Positions 55,924-64,000 of a DNA stretch of 64,000 nt are shown piece by piece. The stretch is from Asaia bogorensis. Its GTDB lineage: Bacteria; Pseudomonadota; Alphaproteobacteria; Acetobacterales; Acetobacteraceae. The stretch lies in contig CAMBRC010000003.1 of the NCBI GenBank assembly GCA_945869965.1, forward strand, positions 27,816 through 91,815, written 5' to 3'. Positions within the stretch are counted from its first letter, which is position 1. Every line of letters starts with the position of its first letter. The notes beneath the pieces are model-generated. The model saw nothing but the letters and a program-made list of their open reading frames with translations, did not search any database and had not been told where the DNA came from. The position numbers and the translations under genes were made by a program.

Positions 55924-56730
55924 ATGGCGTTCTCCTTCATCCAGATCACCGACCACCACATCATGGCCAGCGAGGCCATGCTGTCGCGCGGCTATTCCCC
56001 GTCGCACGCCCTGCGCTGCGTGTTGCGCCACATCGCAAACCACCACGCCGACGCCGACTTCATCGTCAGCACCGGCGACCTCGTCGATCGCGGCATCGAT
56101 GCGGAATACGACACTTTTCGCGCGATGCTGGGCCTGCGCGAGGCCTCAGCCGCCCCTGGGCCGCAGCGTGCAACGGGCGAGGGGCTGCGCGAAATGCCAT
56201 GCTACTTCCTGCCGGGCAACCACGATCCGCGCGCGGCGTTCTTCCGCAACATGTTCCCCTGGTCGGTCGAGGGCGTCGGCGAGGCCCCGGCGATGAACGT
56301 CGCCTTCGTCCACAAGGGCATCCAGTTCGTCACCGTCGACTGGGGCGCTGCCAACAAGGCCGTGTCGTCTCCGGCCATGCTGGAGCATTTGCGCCGGTCG
56401 CTGGCCACCGGCCTGCCGAGCATCATCCTGAGCCACCACAACGTGACACCGGTCGGCATGCCGCGGCTCGACGCCTTGGCCGCCGACGATGTCGCCGATT
56501 TCACCGCAATCGCGGCCAGCGGGAACGTGCTGGCGATCCTCGCCGGCCATACGCACATGACTTACGAGGCAGAAATGGCTGGTATCCCGGTGCACGGCCT
56601 GCGCTCCACCCATTTCTCCTTCGCCCAGGCCGGCGACGAATGGCTCTACGTCCTGCGCCCGCCACAATACCGCGTGGTGACGTTTGCCGACGGCGCGCTG
56701 ACGACGGAGATCGTCGAGGTCGCGCTCTGA
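55924..56730 (+). CDS. metallophosphoesterase (CpdA-like)
   Basis: ITDHH, GDLVDRG, GNHD and GHTH metallophosphatase motifs in the canonical order. Confidence 0.75.
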   Translation: MAFSFIQITDHHIMASEAMLSRGYSPSHALRCVLRHIANHHADADFIVSTGDLVDRGIDAEYDTFRAMLGLREASAAPGPQRATGEGLREMPCYFLPGNHDPRAAFFRNMFPWSVEGVGEAPAMNVAFVHKGIQFVTVDWGAANKAVSSPAMLEHLRRSLATGLPSIILSHHNVTPVGMPRLDALAADDVADFTAIAASGNVLAILAGHTHMTYEAEMAGIPVHGLRSTHFSFAQAGDEWLYVLRPPQYRVVTFADGALTTEIVEVAL

Positions 56731-56825
56731 CGCCTGTCCGCCGGGTTGCCCGGGTTTCACTTCGCGCGACCCGCCCGGGTGCGCTAGAACGCGGCGCCGG
56801 CAGTGTTCGGCCCGTATGGAGCCCC

Positions 56826-58247
56826 ATGCCGAAACCGCTCGCCCCCCTCGTCCTGGTGCTGCTCGCCGGCTGTGCGGTAGGGCCGGCCTATCAGGCGCCG
56901 GTCACCGACATCCCTGCCGCCTATCGGGCCGGCACCGAGACCGGTGGCACCTGGCCCGCGGCCGAATGGTGGCGCGGTTTCGCCTCGGCCGAACTCGACG
57001 CGCTGATCGCCGACGCCCGCATCAACAGCCCCGACATCCAGGCCGCCCTGGCCCGCATCCGCCAGGCCGACGCCCAATTGCGCCTCGCCGGCGCCTCGTT
57101 CTGGCCGACCGTCGGCCTGTCCGCCGACGCACAATGGGCGCGCAGCCCGCAATCCCGCCGCTCCGGCACCCAATTCGTCCCCACCGACCGCTACAGCGAA
57201 AGCCGCAGCTACGGCGTCGGACCCAGCATCTCGTGGGAAGCCGACCTATGGGGTCGCCTCGCCGCCGGCCGTGAAGCTGCCTCCAGCGCCGCCCTGGCCA
57301 CCCGCTTCGACGAGCGCAGCATCGCACTCAGCGTCGTCACCGCGGTTGCCAGCACCTGGTTCCAGGCCCTGGCACTCCAGGACCGGATCGACGTCGCCAC
57401 GCGCAACCTTACCGACGCCGAACAGGTACTGGCCGCCGTCACCGCCCGCGCCCAGGTCGGAACCGCGAGCGAACTCGACGTAGCGCAACAGGGCGCGCTG
57501 GTCGCCGGCGTGCGCGCGCGCATCCCCGGCCTGCGCAGCCAACTGGAACAGCAGGTCAACGCCCTCGGCGTGCTGACCGGGCGCACCCCCGCCGCATTGA
57601 CCGTTCGCCCCGGCACATTGGCCACCCTGGCCCTGCCGCCGGTCGCCGCCGGCCTGCCCTCCGAATTGCTCGCCCGCCGGCCCGACATCGCCGCCGCCGA
57701 GGCCGATCTGCGCGGCGCCAACGCCAATATCCGCGCTGCCCGGGCAGCCTTCTTCCCCTCCGTCACCCTGTCCGGCCGGGCGGGCTTCGAGAACATCGCA
57801 CTCGCCACCCTGTTCGGCCCCGGCTCGCTCGCCGTCTCGGCACTTGCCTCAGTCAGCCAGGCGATCTTCGACGGCGGCACCCGCAGCGCCAACCTGGAAC
57901 GCAACCGCGGCCGCTACGACGAGCTGCTGGCCACCTACCGCCGCGTGGTGATCGAGGCCTTCACCGATGTCGAGGACGGCGTCCAGGCCTGGCGCTACAC
58001 GACCGAACAGGAATCCCTGACCCGCATCGCCGTCGCCACCAGCCAGCGCGCCGCCGATATCGCCCGCGCCCAACTCCTGGCGGGCACCATCGACCTGATC
58101 GCGGTGCTGAACGCCCAGAACACCCTGTTCTCCAACCTGGACACCCTGGCGCAGGTGCGGCTCGCCCGGTTCCAGGCGCTGCTGTCGCTCTACAAGGCGC
58201 TCGGCGGCGGCTGGAGTGCGGCGGAACTGGCCGTGGCGATGCCGTGA
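56826..58247 (+). CDS. RND efflux outer membrane factor lipoprotein (NodT family)
   Basis: Start at MPKPLAPLVLVLLAGCAVGP (lipobox LAGC); two OEP repeats. The track ORF from 56199 is over-extended. Confidence 0.8.
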   Translation: MPKPLAPLVLVLLAGCAVGPAYQAPVTDIPAAYRAGTETGGTWPAAEWWRGFASAELDALIADARINSPDIQAALARIRQADAQLRLAGASFWPTVGLSADAQWARSPQSRRSGTQFVPTDRYSESRSYGVGPSISWEADLWGRLAAGREAASSAALATRFDERSIALSVVTAVASTWFQALALQDRIDVATRNLTDAEQVLAAVTARAQVGTASELDVAQQGALVAGVRARIPGLRSQLEQQVNALGVLTGRTPAALTVRPGTLATLALPPVAAGLPSELLARRPDIAAAEADLRGANANIRAARAAFFPSVTLSGRAGFENIALATLFGPGSLAVSALASVSQAIFDGGTRSANLERNRGRYDELLATYRRVVIEAFTDVEDGVQAWRYTTEQESLTRIAVATSQRAADIARAQLLAGTIDLIAVLNAQNTLFSNLDTLAQVRLARFQALLSLYKALGGGWSAAELAVAMP

Positions 58248-58274
58248 CCCCATATTGCCGAACATGAGTACGCC

Positions 58275-59486
58275 ATGCGCCGCCTGATCCTCATCCTGAT
58301 TGTGCTGGCTGCTGCCGGCGGCGGCGGTGCGTATTGGTGGTACTACCTGCGCGCGCCGTCCGAAACCGCAGCTTCCCCCGCCGGCCGCCGCCGTTTCACC
58401 CCGCCCGACAACATCCCCGTCCTGCTCGCCGCCGCCGAGAAGAAAGACGTGCCGATCTGGCTCGACGGCCTCGGCAGCGTCCAGGCCTCGGCCAGCGTGG
58501 TGATCCGCCCGATGGTCGATGGGCCGCTCCTCGAAGTGCGCTTCCGCGAAGGCCAGGAAGTCGCGATCGGCGACATCCTCGCCCGCATCGACAGCCGCAC
58601 CTACCAGGCCGCGTTGGACCAGACCGTGGCCCGCAAGCAACAAAACGAGGCCACCCTGGCCAACGCCCGCCTCGACGCCGCGCGCTACGCCAAGCTCGCC
58701 GCCACAGCCTACACCTCCGCCCAACAGGCCGATACGTCGCGCGCCCTGGTCGCCCAGCTCGAAGCCCAGGTCGCCAGCGACCAGGCCCAGATCGACAACG
58801 CCCGCACCCTGTTGAGCTTCACCACCATCGCCGCCCCGATCGCCGGCCGCGTCGGTATGCGCGCCATCGACCCCGGCAACATCGTCCGCGCCGGCGACCC
58901 CGCGGGCCTGGTCACCATCGCCACGCTGCGCCCGATCAACGTCCAGTTCACCCTGCCGCAGCAATCCCTGCGCGCGGTCACCGAAGCGATGGCCGCCGGC
59001 ACCGTCGAGGTGATCGCCCTGCCCCAGGCCAACACCCCGGTTTCCGAGCGCGAAGCCCTCGACCGCGGCCAGCTCACCGTGCTCGACAACCAGGTCGATC
59101 CCGCCACCGGCACCATCCGCATGAAAGCAACCTTCGCCAACGAACGCCTGCAACTCTGGCCCGGCGCCTTCGTCACCGTCCGCCTGCGCGCCCGCATCTG
59201 GAAAGACGCCACCACCGTGCCCCCGGTGGCAATCCAGCGCGGCCCGCGCGGCGCCTTCGTCTTCGTCGTCGGCGACGACCTCAAGGCCAGCCGCCGCCCG
59301 GTCACCGTGGGCCACGAGGACCTGACCGTGGCGATCATCTCGGACGGCGTGCAGCCCGGCGAGCGCGTGGTGATCGATGGCGCCTCCCGCCTGTCGGACG
59401 GCACCAAGGTCAACATCACCGCACCGCCCCCGCCGCAACAGCGCCCCAGGCCGGTGGCCGGCGGGCGCGAGCGGGCGCCGGGATGA
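58275..59486 (+). CDS. mdtA: RND efflux periplasmic adaptor subunit (MdtA-like)
   Basis: 403 aa, N-terminal TM, HlyD/MFP pattern (RIDSRTYQAALDQ...). It is followed by two tandem RND pumps. Confidence 0.75.
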   Translation: MRRLILILIVLAAAGGGGAYWWYYLRAPSETAASPAGRRRFTPPDNIPVLLAAAEKKDVPIWLDGLGSVQASASVVIRPMVDGPLLEVRFREGQEVAIGDILARIDSRTYQAALDQTVARKQQNEATLANARLDAARYAKLAATAYTSAQQADTSRALVAQLEAQVASDQAQIDNARTLLSFTTIAAPIAGRVGMRAIDPGNIVRAGDPAGLVTIATLRPINVQFTLPQQSLRAVTEAMAAGTVEVIALPQANTPVSEREALDRGQLTVLDNQVDPATGTIRMKATFANERLQLWPGAFVTVRLRARIWKDATTVPPVAIQRGPRGAFVFVVGDDLKASRRPVTVGHEDLTVAIISDGVQPGERVVIDGASRLSDGTKVNITAPPPPQQRPRPVAGGRERAPG

Positions 59487-59489
59487 AGG

Positions 59490-59548
59490 GAGAAAGGAAG
59501 ACTTCTTTTTGTGAACAAAAAGAAGCAAAAAAACTTCATCCATTTGCT
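59490..59548 (+). repeat. half copy of the AT-rich hairpin element (copy D) in the mdtA-mdtB gap
   Basis: CTTCTTTTTGTGAACAAAAAGAAG (59502-59525) followed by CAAAAAAACTTCATCCATTTGC. The hairpin is the exact reverse complement of the copy A right-arm hairpin. Confidence 0.85.
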
Positions 59549-59550
59549 TC

Positions 59551-62500
59551 ATGAACATCTCCGCCCCCTTCATCGCGCGACCTATCGCCACCACGTTGCT
59601 GGCGATCGCGGTGCTGCTCGGCGGCGCGCTGGGGTATCGGGTGCTACCGGTCTCCGCCCTGCCGCAGGTCGACTTCCCTACCATCCAGATCACCACCCAG
59701 ATGCCCGGCGCCTCGCCCGAGGTGATCTCCAACCTGATCACCGCCCCACTGGAGCGCCAGTTCGGCCAGATCCAGGGCCTGGCTGCGATGACCTCGACCA
59801 GCTCCGAGCGCACCAGCCAAATCACCCTGACCTTCAGCCTGGGGCGGAGCATCGACGCCGCCGCGCAGGACGTGCAGGCCGCAATCAACGCCGCTACCGG
59901 CACCCTGCCCGCCAACCTCCCCTACCCGCCGGTCTACGCCAAGGTGAACCCGGCCGACACGCCGATCATGACCCTGGCGCTGTTTTCGGAGTCCATGACC
60001 ACCGACCGCGTCAGCGACGCCGCGGACACCCTGCTGCAACCCAAACTCTCCGAAATCTCCGGCGTCGGTCGCGTCGCCGTGCTCGGCAACATGCGCCCGG
60101 CGGTGCGGGTGCGCGTCGACCCGTCCCGCATGTCCGCCTACGGCCTGTCGATGGAGGATGTCCGCATCGCCATCGCCGCCGCCAACGTCAACGGCGCCAA
60201 GGGCGGCTTCGACGGTCCGCGGCAGGCCATCGCGCTCGGTGCCAATGACCAGCTGATGTCGCCCGACGCCTATCGCGACCTGGTGGTATCGTGGCGCGGC
60301 GGCGCGCCCGTCCGGCTGTCCGATATCGGCACCGTCGTCGGCGGCCTGGAAAACATCCGCGCCGGCGCCTGGTATTTCGGCAATCGGCCAGCCGGCGCTG
60401 AAGGCGCCACTGCTGAGGGCAATCGCACCCCAACCCCCGCCATCCCCTCGGTTGTCGTCGATATCCAGCGCCAACCCGGCGCCAACATCGTCGAGACCGT
60501 CGAGCGCATCCGCGCCGCCCTGCCGCAACTGCGCCGCACCCTGCCCGCGCAATTGCGCATGGTGGTTGTCACCGACCGCACCGAAACCATCCGCGCCAGC
60601 GTCAACGATGTCCAGTTCACCCTGCTGCTGTCGATCGGCCTCGTCGTCGCGGTGATCTTCCTGTTCCTGCGCTCGGCCCGCGCCACCCTGATCCCCGCCG
60701 TCGCCCTGCCGCTGTCGCTGGTCGCCACCTTCGGGGCGATGCACCTGCTGGGCTATTCGCTCGACAACCTCTCGCTGATGGCGCTGACCATCGCCACCGG
60801 CTTCGTGGTCGACGATGCCATCGTCATGATCGAAAACGTTGTCCGCCACATCGAACAGGGCGAACACCCGCTCGCCGCCGCCTACAAGGGCGCCGCCCAG
60901 ATCGGATTCACCATCATCTCGCTCACCGTCTCGCTGATAGCCGTGTTTATTCCCCTGTTGTTCATGACCGGCGTGATCGGCCGGCTGTTCAGCGAATTCG
61001 CCGTCACCCTCTCGATTGCCGTCATCGTCTCCGCCATCGTCTCGCTGACCGTCACCCCGATGATGTGCGCCCGCCTGCTCAAGCCGCACAGCGAGGCAAA
61101 GCCCGGCGCCATCAGCCGCGCCTTCGAACGCGGCTTCGAGGCCACGCTAGGCTGGTATCGTGTCACTTTGGGCTGGGCCATGCGCCGCCAGGGCTTCGTC
61201 CTGGCCATTTTCGCCGCCACCCTGGTCGGCACCACCTGGCTCTACCTGATCGTGCCCAAGGGCTTCCTGCCGGCCCAGGACACTGGCGTCATCGTCGCCG
61301 TCAGCGAAGCCGCGCAATCCATCAGCTTCACCCGCATGTCCCAGCTCCAGGGCCAGGCCGCCCAGATCATCCGCCGCGACCCCGATGTCGCCAGCATCGT
61401 CGCCTTCGTCGGCGCCGGCAGCGTAAACGCCACCGCCAATGCCGGCCGCCTGACCATCGTCCTCAAACCTCGCCGCGACCGCACCGCCACCGCCCAGCAG
61501 ATCGCCGCCCGCCTACAGGCCGCGATGCACGACATCCCCGGCCTGGTCACCTACATGCAGCCGGTCCAGGACATTCAGATCGGCACACGCATCAGCCGCA
61601 CCCAGTTCCAGTACACCCTGGTCGATACCGACGCCGCCTCGCTCGCGCTCTGGACCCCCCGCCTGCTCGACCGCCTCCGGGCCGAACCCGGCCTGCGCGA
61701 AGTCAACTCCGACCAGCAGAACGAAGGCTTCCGCATCCAGGTCAACGTCGACCGCGACGCCGCCATGCGCCTCGGCGTCAGCATGCAGGCGGTCCAGGAC
61801 ACGCTCTACAACAGCTTCGGCCAACGCCAGATCTCCACCATCTTCGCCCAGGCCAACCAGTACCGCGTCATCCTGGAAGCCGAACCGTCCTGGCAGGCCG
61901 ACCCCAACTCCCTCCTCCAACTCCGCGTCCCCGGCACCAGTGTTACAGGCGGGGGCAACGCCCAGGTCCCACTGGCCGGCTTCGCCACCATCGAACGCAC
62001 CACAGCCCCCCTGGCCATCACCCGAGAAGACCAATTCCCCTCCGCCACCATCAGCTTCAACCTCGCCCCCGGCTACGCGCTGGGACAGGCGGTCCAAGCC
62101 ATCGCCCGCGCCCAGGACGAAATCGCCCTGCCCGCCACCATCACCGGCAGCTACTCCGGCGACGCCGCAGAATTCGCCCGCTCGCTCGAAGCCGAACCCT
62201 GGCTGATCCTGGCCGCCATCGTGGTGATCTACATCGTCCTCGGCGTGCTCTACGAAAGCTTCATCCACCCCATCACCATCCTCTCCACCCTGCCCTCCGC
62301 CGGCATCGGCGCGCTCCTGGCCCTGATGCTCACCGGTCAGGACCTCTCCCTGGTCGCCCTGGTCGGCATCGTCCTGCTGATGGGGATCGTGAAGAAAAAC
62401 GCAATCATGATGATCGACTTCGCGCTGGACGCCGAGCGCACCCGCGGCCTCTCGCCCGAAGCCGCAATCACCGAAGCCTGCCTGCTGCGCTACCGCCCAA

Positions 62501-62712
62501 TCATGATGACCACCGCCGCCGCCCTGCTCGGCGCCCTGCCCCTGGCCCTGGAAAGCGGCAGCGGCTCCGAACTCCGCTTCCCCCTCGGCGTCACCATCAT
62601 CGGCGGCCTGCTGCTGAGCCAGTTGCTGACCCTCTATACCACCCCCGTCATCTACCTGGCCTTCGAGCGCATGCGCCTGCGGTGGTCCGCCCAGCCGGCG
62701 CCCGCCGAATGA
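59551..62712 (+). CDS. mdtB: RND multidrug efflux permease (MdtB-like)
   Basis: 1053 aa with the AcrB/AcrD/AcrF family pattern from MNISAPFIARPIATTLL onward. Confidence 0.85.
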   Translation: MNISAPFIARPIATTLLAIAVLLGGALGYRVLPVSALPQVDFPTIQITTQMPGASPEVISNLITAPLERQFGQIQGLAAMTSTSSERTSQITLTFSLGRSIDAAAQDVQAAINAATGTLPANLPYPPVYAKVNPADTPIMTLALFSESMTTDRVSDAADTLLQPKLSEISGVGRVAVLGNMRPAVRVRVDPSRMSAYGLSMEDVRIAIAAANVNGAKGGFDGPRQAIALGANDQLMSPDAYRDLVVSWRGGAPVRLSDIGTVVGGLENIRAGAWYFGNRPAGAEGATAEGNRTPTPAIPSVVVDIQRQPGANIVETVERIRAALPQLRRTLPAQLRMVVVTDRTETIRASVNDVQFTLLLSIGLVVAVIFLFLRSARATLIPAVALPLSLVATFGAMHLLGYSLDNLSLMALTIATGFVVDDAIVMIENVVRHIEQGEHPLAAAYKGAAQIGFTIISLTVSLIAVFIPLLFMTGVIGRLFSEFAVTLSIAVIVSAIVSLTVTPMMCARLLKPHSEAKPGAISRAFERGFEATLGWYRVTLGWAMRRQGFVLAIFAATLVGTTWLYLIVPKGFLPAQDTGVIVAVSEAAQSISFTRMSQLQGQAAQIIRRDPDVASIVAFVGAGSVNATANAGRLTIVLKPRRDRTATAQQIAARLQAAMHDIPGLVTYMQPVQDIQIGTRISRTQFQYTLVDTDAASLALWTPRLLDRLRAEPGLREVNSDQQNEGFRIQVNVDRDAAMRLGVSMQAVQDTLYNSFGQRQISTIFAQANQYRVILEAEPSWQADPNSLLQLRVPGTSVTGGGNAQVPLAGFATIERTTAPLAITREDQFPSATISFNLAPGYALGQAVQAIARAQDEIALPATITGSYSGDAAEFARSLEAEPWLILAAIVVIYIVLGVLYESFIHPITILSTLPSAGIGALLALMLTGQDLSLVALVGIVLLMGIVKKNAIMMIDFALDAERTRGLSPEAAITEACLLRYRPIMMTTAAALLGALPLALESGSGSELRFPLGVTIIGGLLLSQLLTLYTTPVIYLAFERMRLRWSAQPAPAE

Positions 62713-62716
62713 GAAA

Positions 62717-62757
62717 GCAGTAAGAATCTTCTTTTTGTGAACAAAAAGAAGTCTTCC
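62717..62757 (+). repeat. minimal copy of the AT-rich hairpin (copy E) in the mdtB-mdtC gap
   Basis: CTTCTTTTTGTGAACAAAAAGAAG (62728-62751), identical to the copy D hairpin, ending 8 nt before the mdtC ATG. Confidence 0.85.
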
Positions 62758-62759
62758 TC

Positions 62760-64000
62760 ATGACCTTCTCCGCCGCCTTCATCGCCCGCCCCGTCGGCAC
62801 CATCCTGATGGCGCTCGGCCTGATGATTGCCGGCATCGTCGCCTACGCCTTCCTCCCCGTCGCCCCGCTGCCCCAGGTCGAAATCCCCACCATCGTGGTC
62901 TTCGCCGGCCGCCCCGGCGCGGACCCGGAGACGATGGCCAATTCCGTTGCCGCCCCGCTGGAACGTCGCTTGAGCGAGATCGCCGGCGTCACCGAGCTGA
63001 CCTCCACCAGCTCCGTCGGCGCCACCGCGATCGTCATCCAGTTCGACCTGTCGCGAAAGATCGACAGCGCTGCCAAGGACGTCCAGGCCGCGATCAACGC
63101 CGCCACCCCCGACCTCCCGCCCGACCTGCCGCTGCGGCCCTATTTCCGGAAGTTCAACCCCGCCGCCGCCCCGATCATGAGCCTGGCGCTCACCTCGACC
63201 AGCCTGTCGATGGCCCAGCTTTACGACCTCGCCGACTCCATCCTGGCCCAGCGCCTGTCCCAGCTCGACGGCGTGTCCCAGGTCCAGGTCAACGGCGCCG
63301 AAAAGCCCGCTGTCCGCGTCCGCCTCGACCCCGCCGCCCTCGCCGCCGCCGGCCTGTCGAGCCAGGACGTCTACAACGCCATCCGCCGCAGCAACGTCAA
63401 CGGCCCCACCGGCGGCTTCGACGGCGACGACCAGGCCGCCCAGATCCGCCTCAACGGCCAACTCGCCCAGGCCAGCGAATACCGCCCGCTGGTGCTAAAA
63501 ACCGTCCCCGGCGGCGGCGTGGTCCGCCTCGGCGACGTCGCCGACGTGATCGATGGCGTCGCCAACATCCGCCTCGCCGCCTGGCTCGGCACACGCCCGG
63601 CGATCCTGCTCCAGGTCAGCAAGACCGGTGACGCCAACGTCATCGACACCGTCGACCGCATCAAGGCGGTCCTCCCGCTCCTGCGCAGCTGGATGCCGCC
63701 GGATGTCGAGCTGACCATCCTGTCCGACCGCACCCAGACCATTCGCGCCAGCGTGGCCGAGGTCCAGGCCTCGCTCCTGATATCCTGCGCCCTGGTGCTG
63801 CTGGTGGTGATGGTGTTCATGCGCCGCCTGGTCCCCACCATCGCGGCTGCCGTCACCGTGCCGCTATCGCTCGCCGGCAGTCTGGCGGCGATGTGGCTGT
63901 TCGGCTTCTCGGTGAACAACTTTTCGCTGATGGCGCTGACAATCGCCGTCGGCTTCGTGGTCGACGACGCCATCGTCATGATCGAAAACGTCATGCGCCA
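62760..64000 (+). CDS. mdtC: RND multidrug efflux permease (MdtC-like), partial, runs off the window end
   Basis: The ATG at 62760 reads MTFSAAFIARPVGTILMALGL...; open to the window end (absent from the track because no stop is reached). Paralogous to mdtB. Confidence 0.8.
   Translation, partial: MTFSAAFIARPVGTILMALGLMIAGIVAYAFLPVAPLPQVEIPTIVVFAGRPGADPETMANSVAAPLERRLSEIAGVTELTSTSSVGATAIVIQFDLSRKIDSAAKDVQAAINAATPDLPPDLPLRPYFRKFNPAAAPIMSLALTSTSLSMAQLYDLADSILAQRLSQLDGVSQVQVNGAEKPAVRVRLDPAALAAAGLSSQDVYNAIRRSNVNGPTGGFDGDDQAAQIRLNGQLAQASEYRPLVLKTVPGGGVVRLGDVADVIDGVANIRLAAWLGTRPAILLQVSKTGDANVIDTVDRIKAVLPLLRSWMPPDVELTILSDRTQTIRASVAEVQASLLISCALVLLVVMVFMRRLVPTIAAAVTVPLSLAGSLAAMWLFGFSVNNFSLMALTIAVGFVVDDAIVMIENVMR

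Overview
This is a 64-kb, densely coding, high-GC bacterial chromosome segment. The gene content looks alphaproteobacterial (UPF0262, DUF983, YraN, Zur-HisI-COG0523, HAAT-type ABC systems); I could not run a search to confirm this. I call about 70 protein genes, one tRNA-Ser(GCT), no rRNA and no CRISPR. Most of the window is ordinary metabolism and transport: mtnA, hyi-glxR, sseA-metC, purC, a peptide-type ABC importer, a branched-chain-type ABC importer with two tandem binding proteins, a Pat-like acetyltransferase, assorted oxidoreductases, and a NodT-MdtABC efflux operon that runs off the right edge. Many long ORFs in the supplied track are antisense or out-of-frame artefacts of the high GC content, and I rejected them.

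Four short accessory patches stand out:
- 11.6-13.7 kb: a lower-GC islet holding a DUF3990-like gene coupled by an ATGA overlap to an acidic orphan gene, followed by an XRE regulator with a large C-terminal domain.
- 16.6-18.7 kb: an insertion between metC and purC. It holds a low-GC orphan gene flanked by hairpins, then a tandem pair of domain-only proteins. Their Cys-His-Asp motifs and spacing mirror YopT/AvrPphB (C58) cysteine proteases, and each has a conserved upstream leader.
- 32.6-35.5 kb: tRNA-Ser, a tyrosine integrase, an IS3 transposase stub, and a 5'-truncated Nramp gene. I read this as the scar of a genomic island.
- 45.8-47.4 kb: a scrambled, frameshifted ABC transporter locus.

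A family of AT-only hairpin elements (five copies, full and half length, one with a compensatory stem change) sits in intergenic gaps, including inside the mdtABC operon. The YopT-like tandem and the DUF3990 module are my best candidates for something undescribed. Both calls rest on motif recognition from memory, not on searches.
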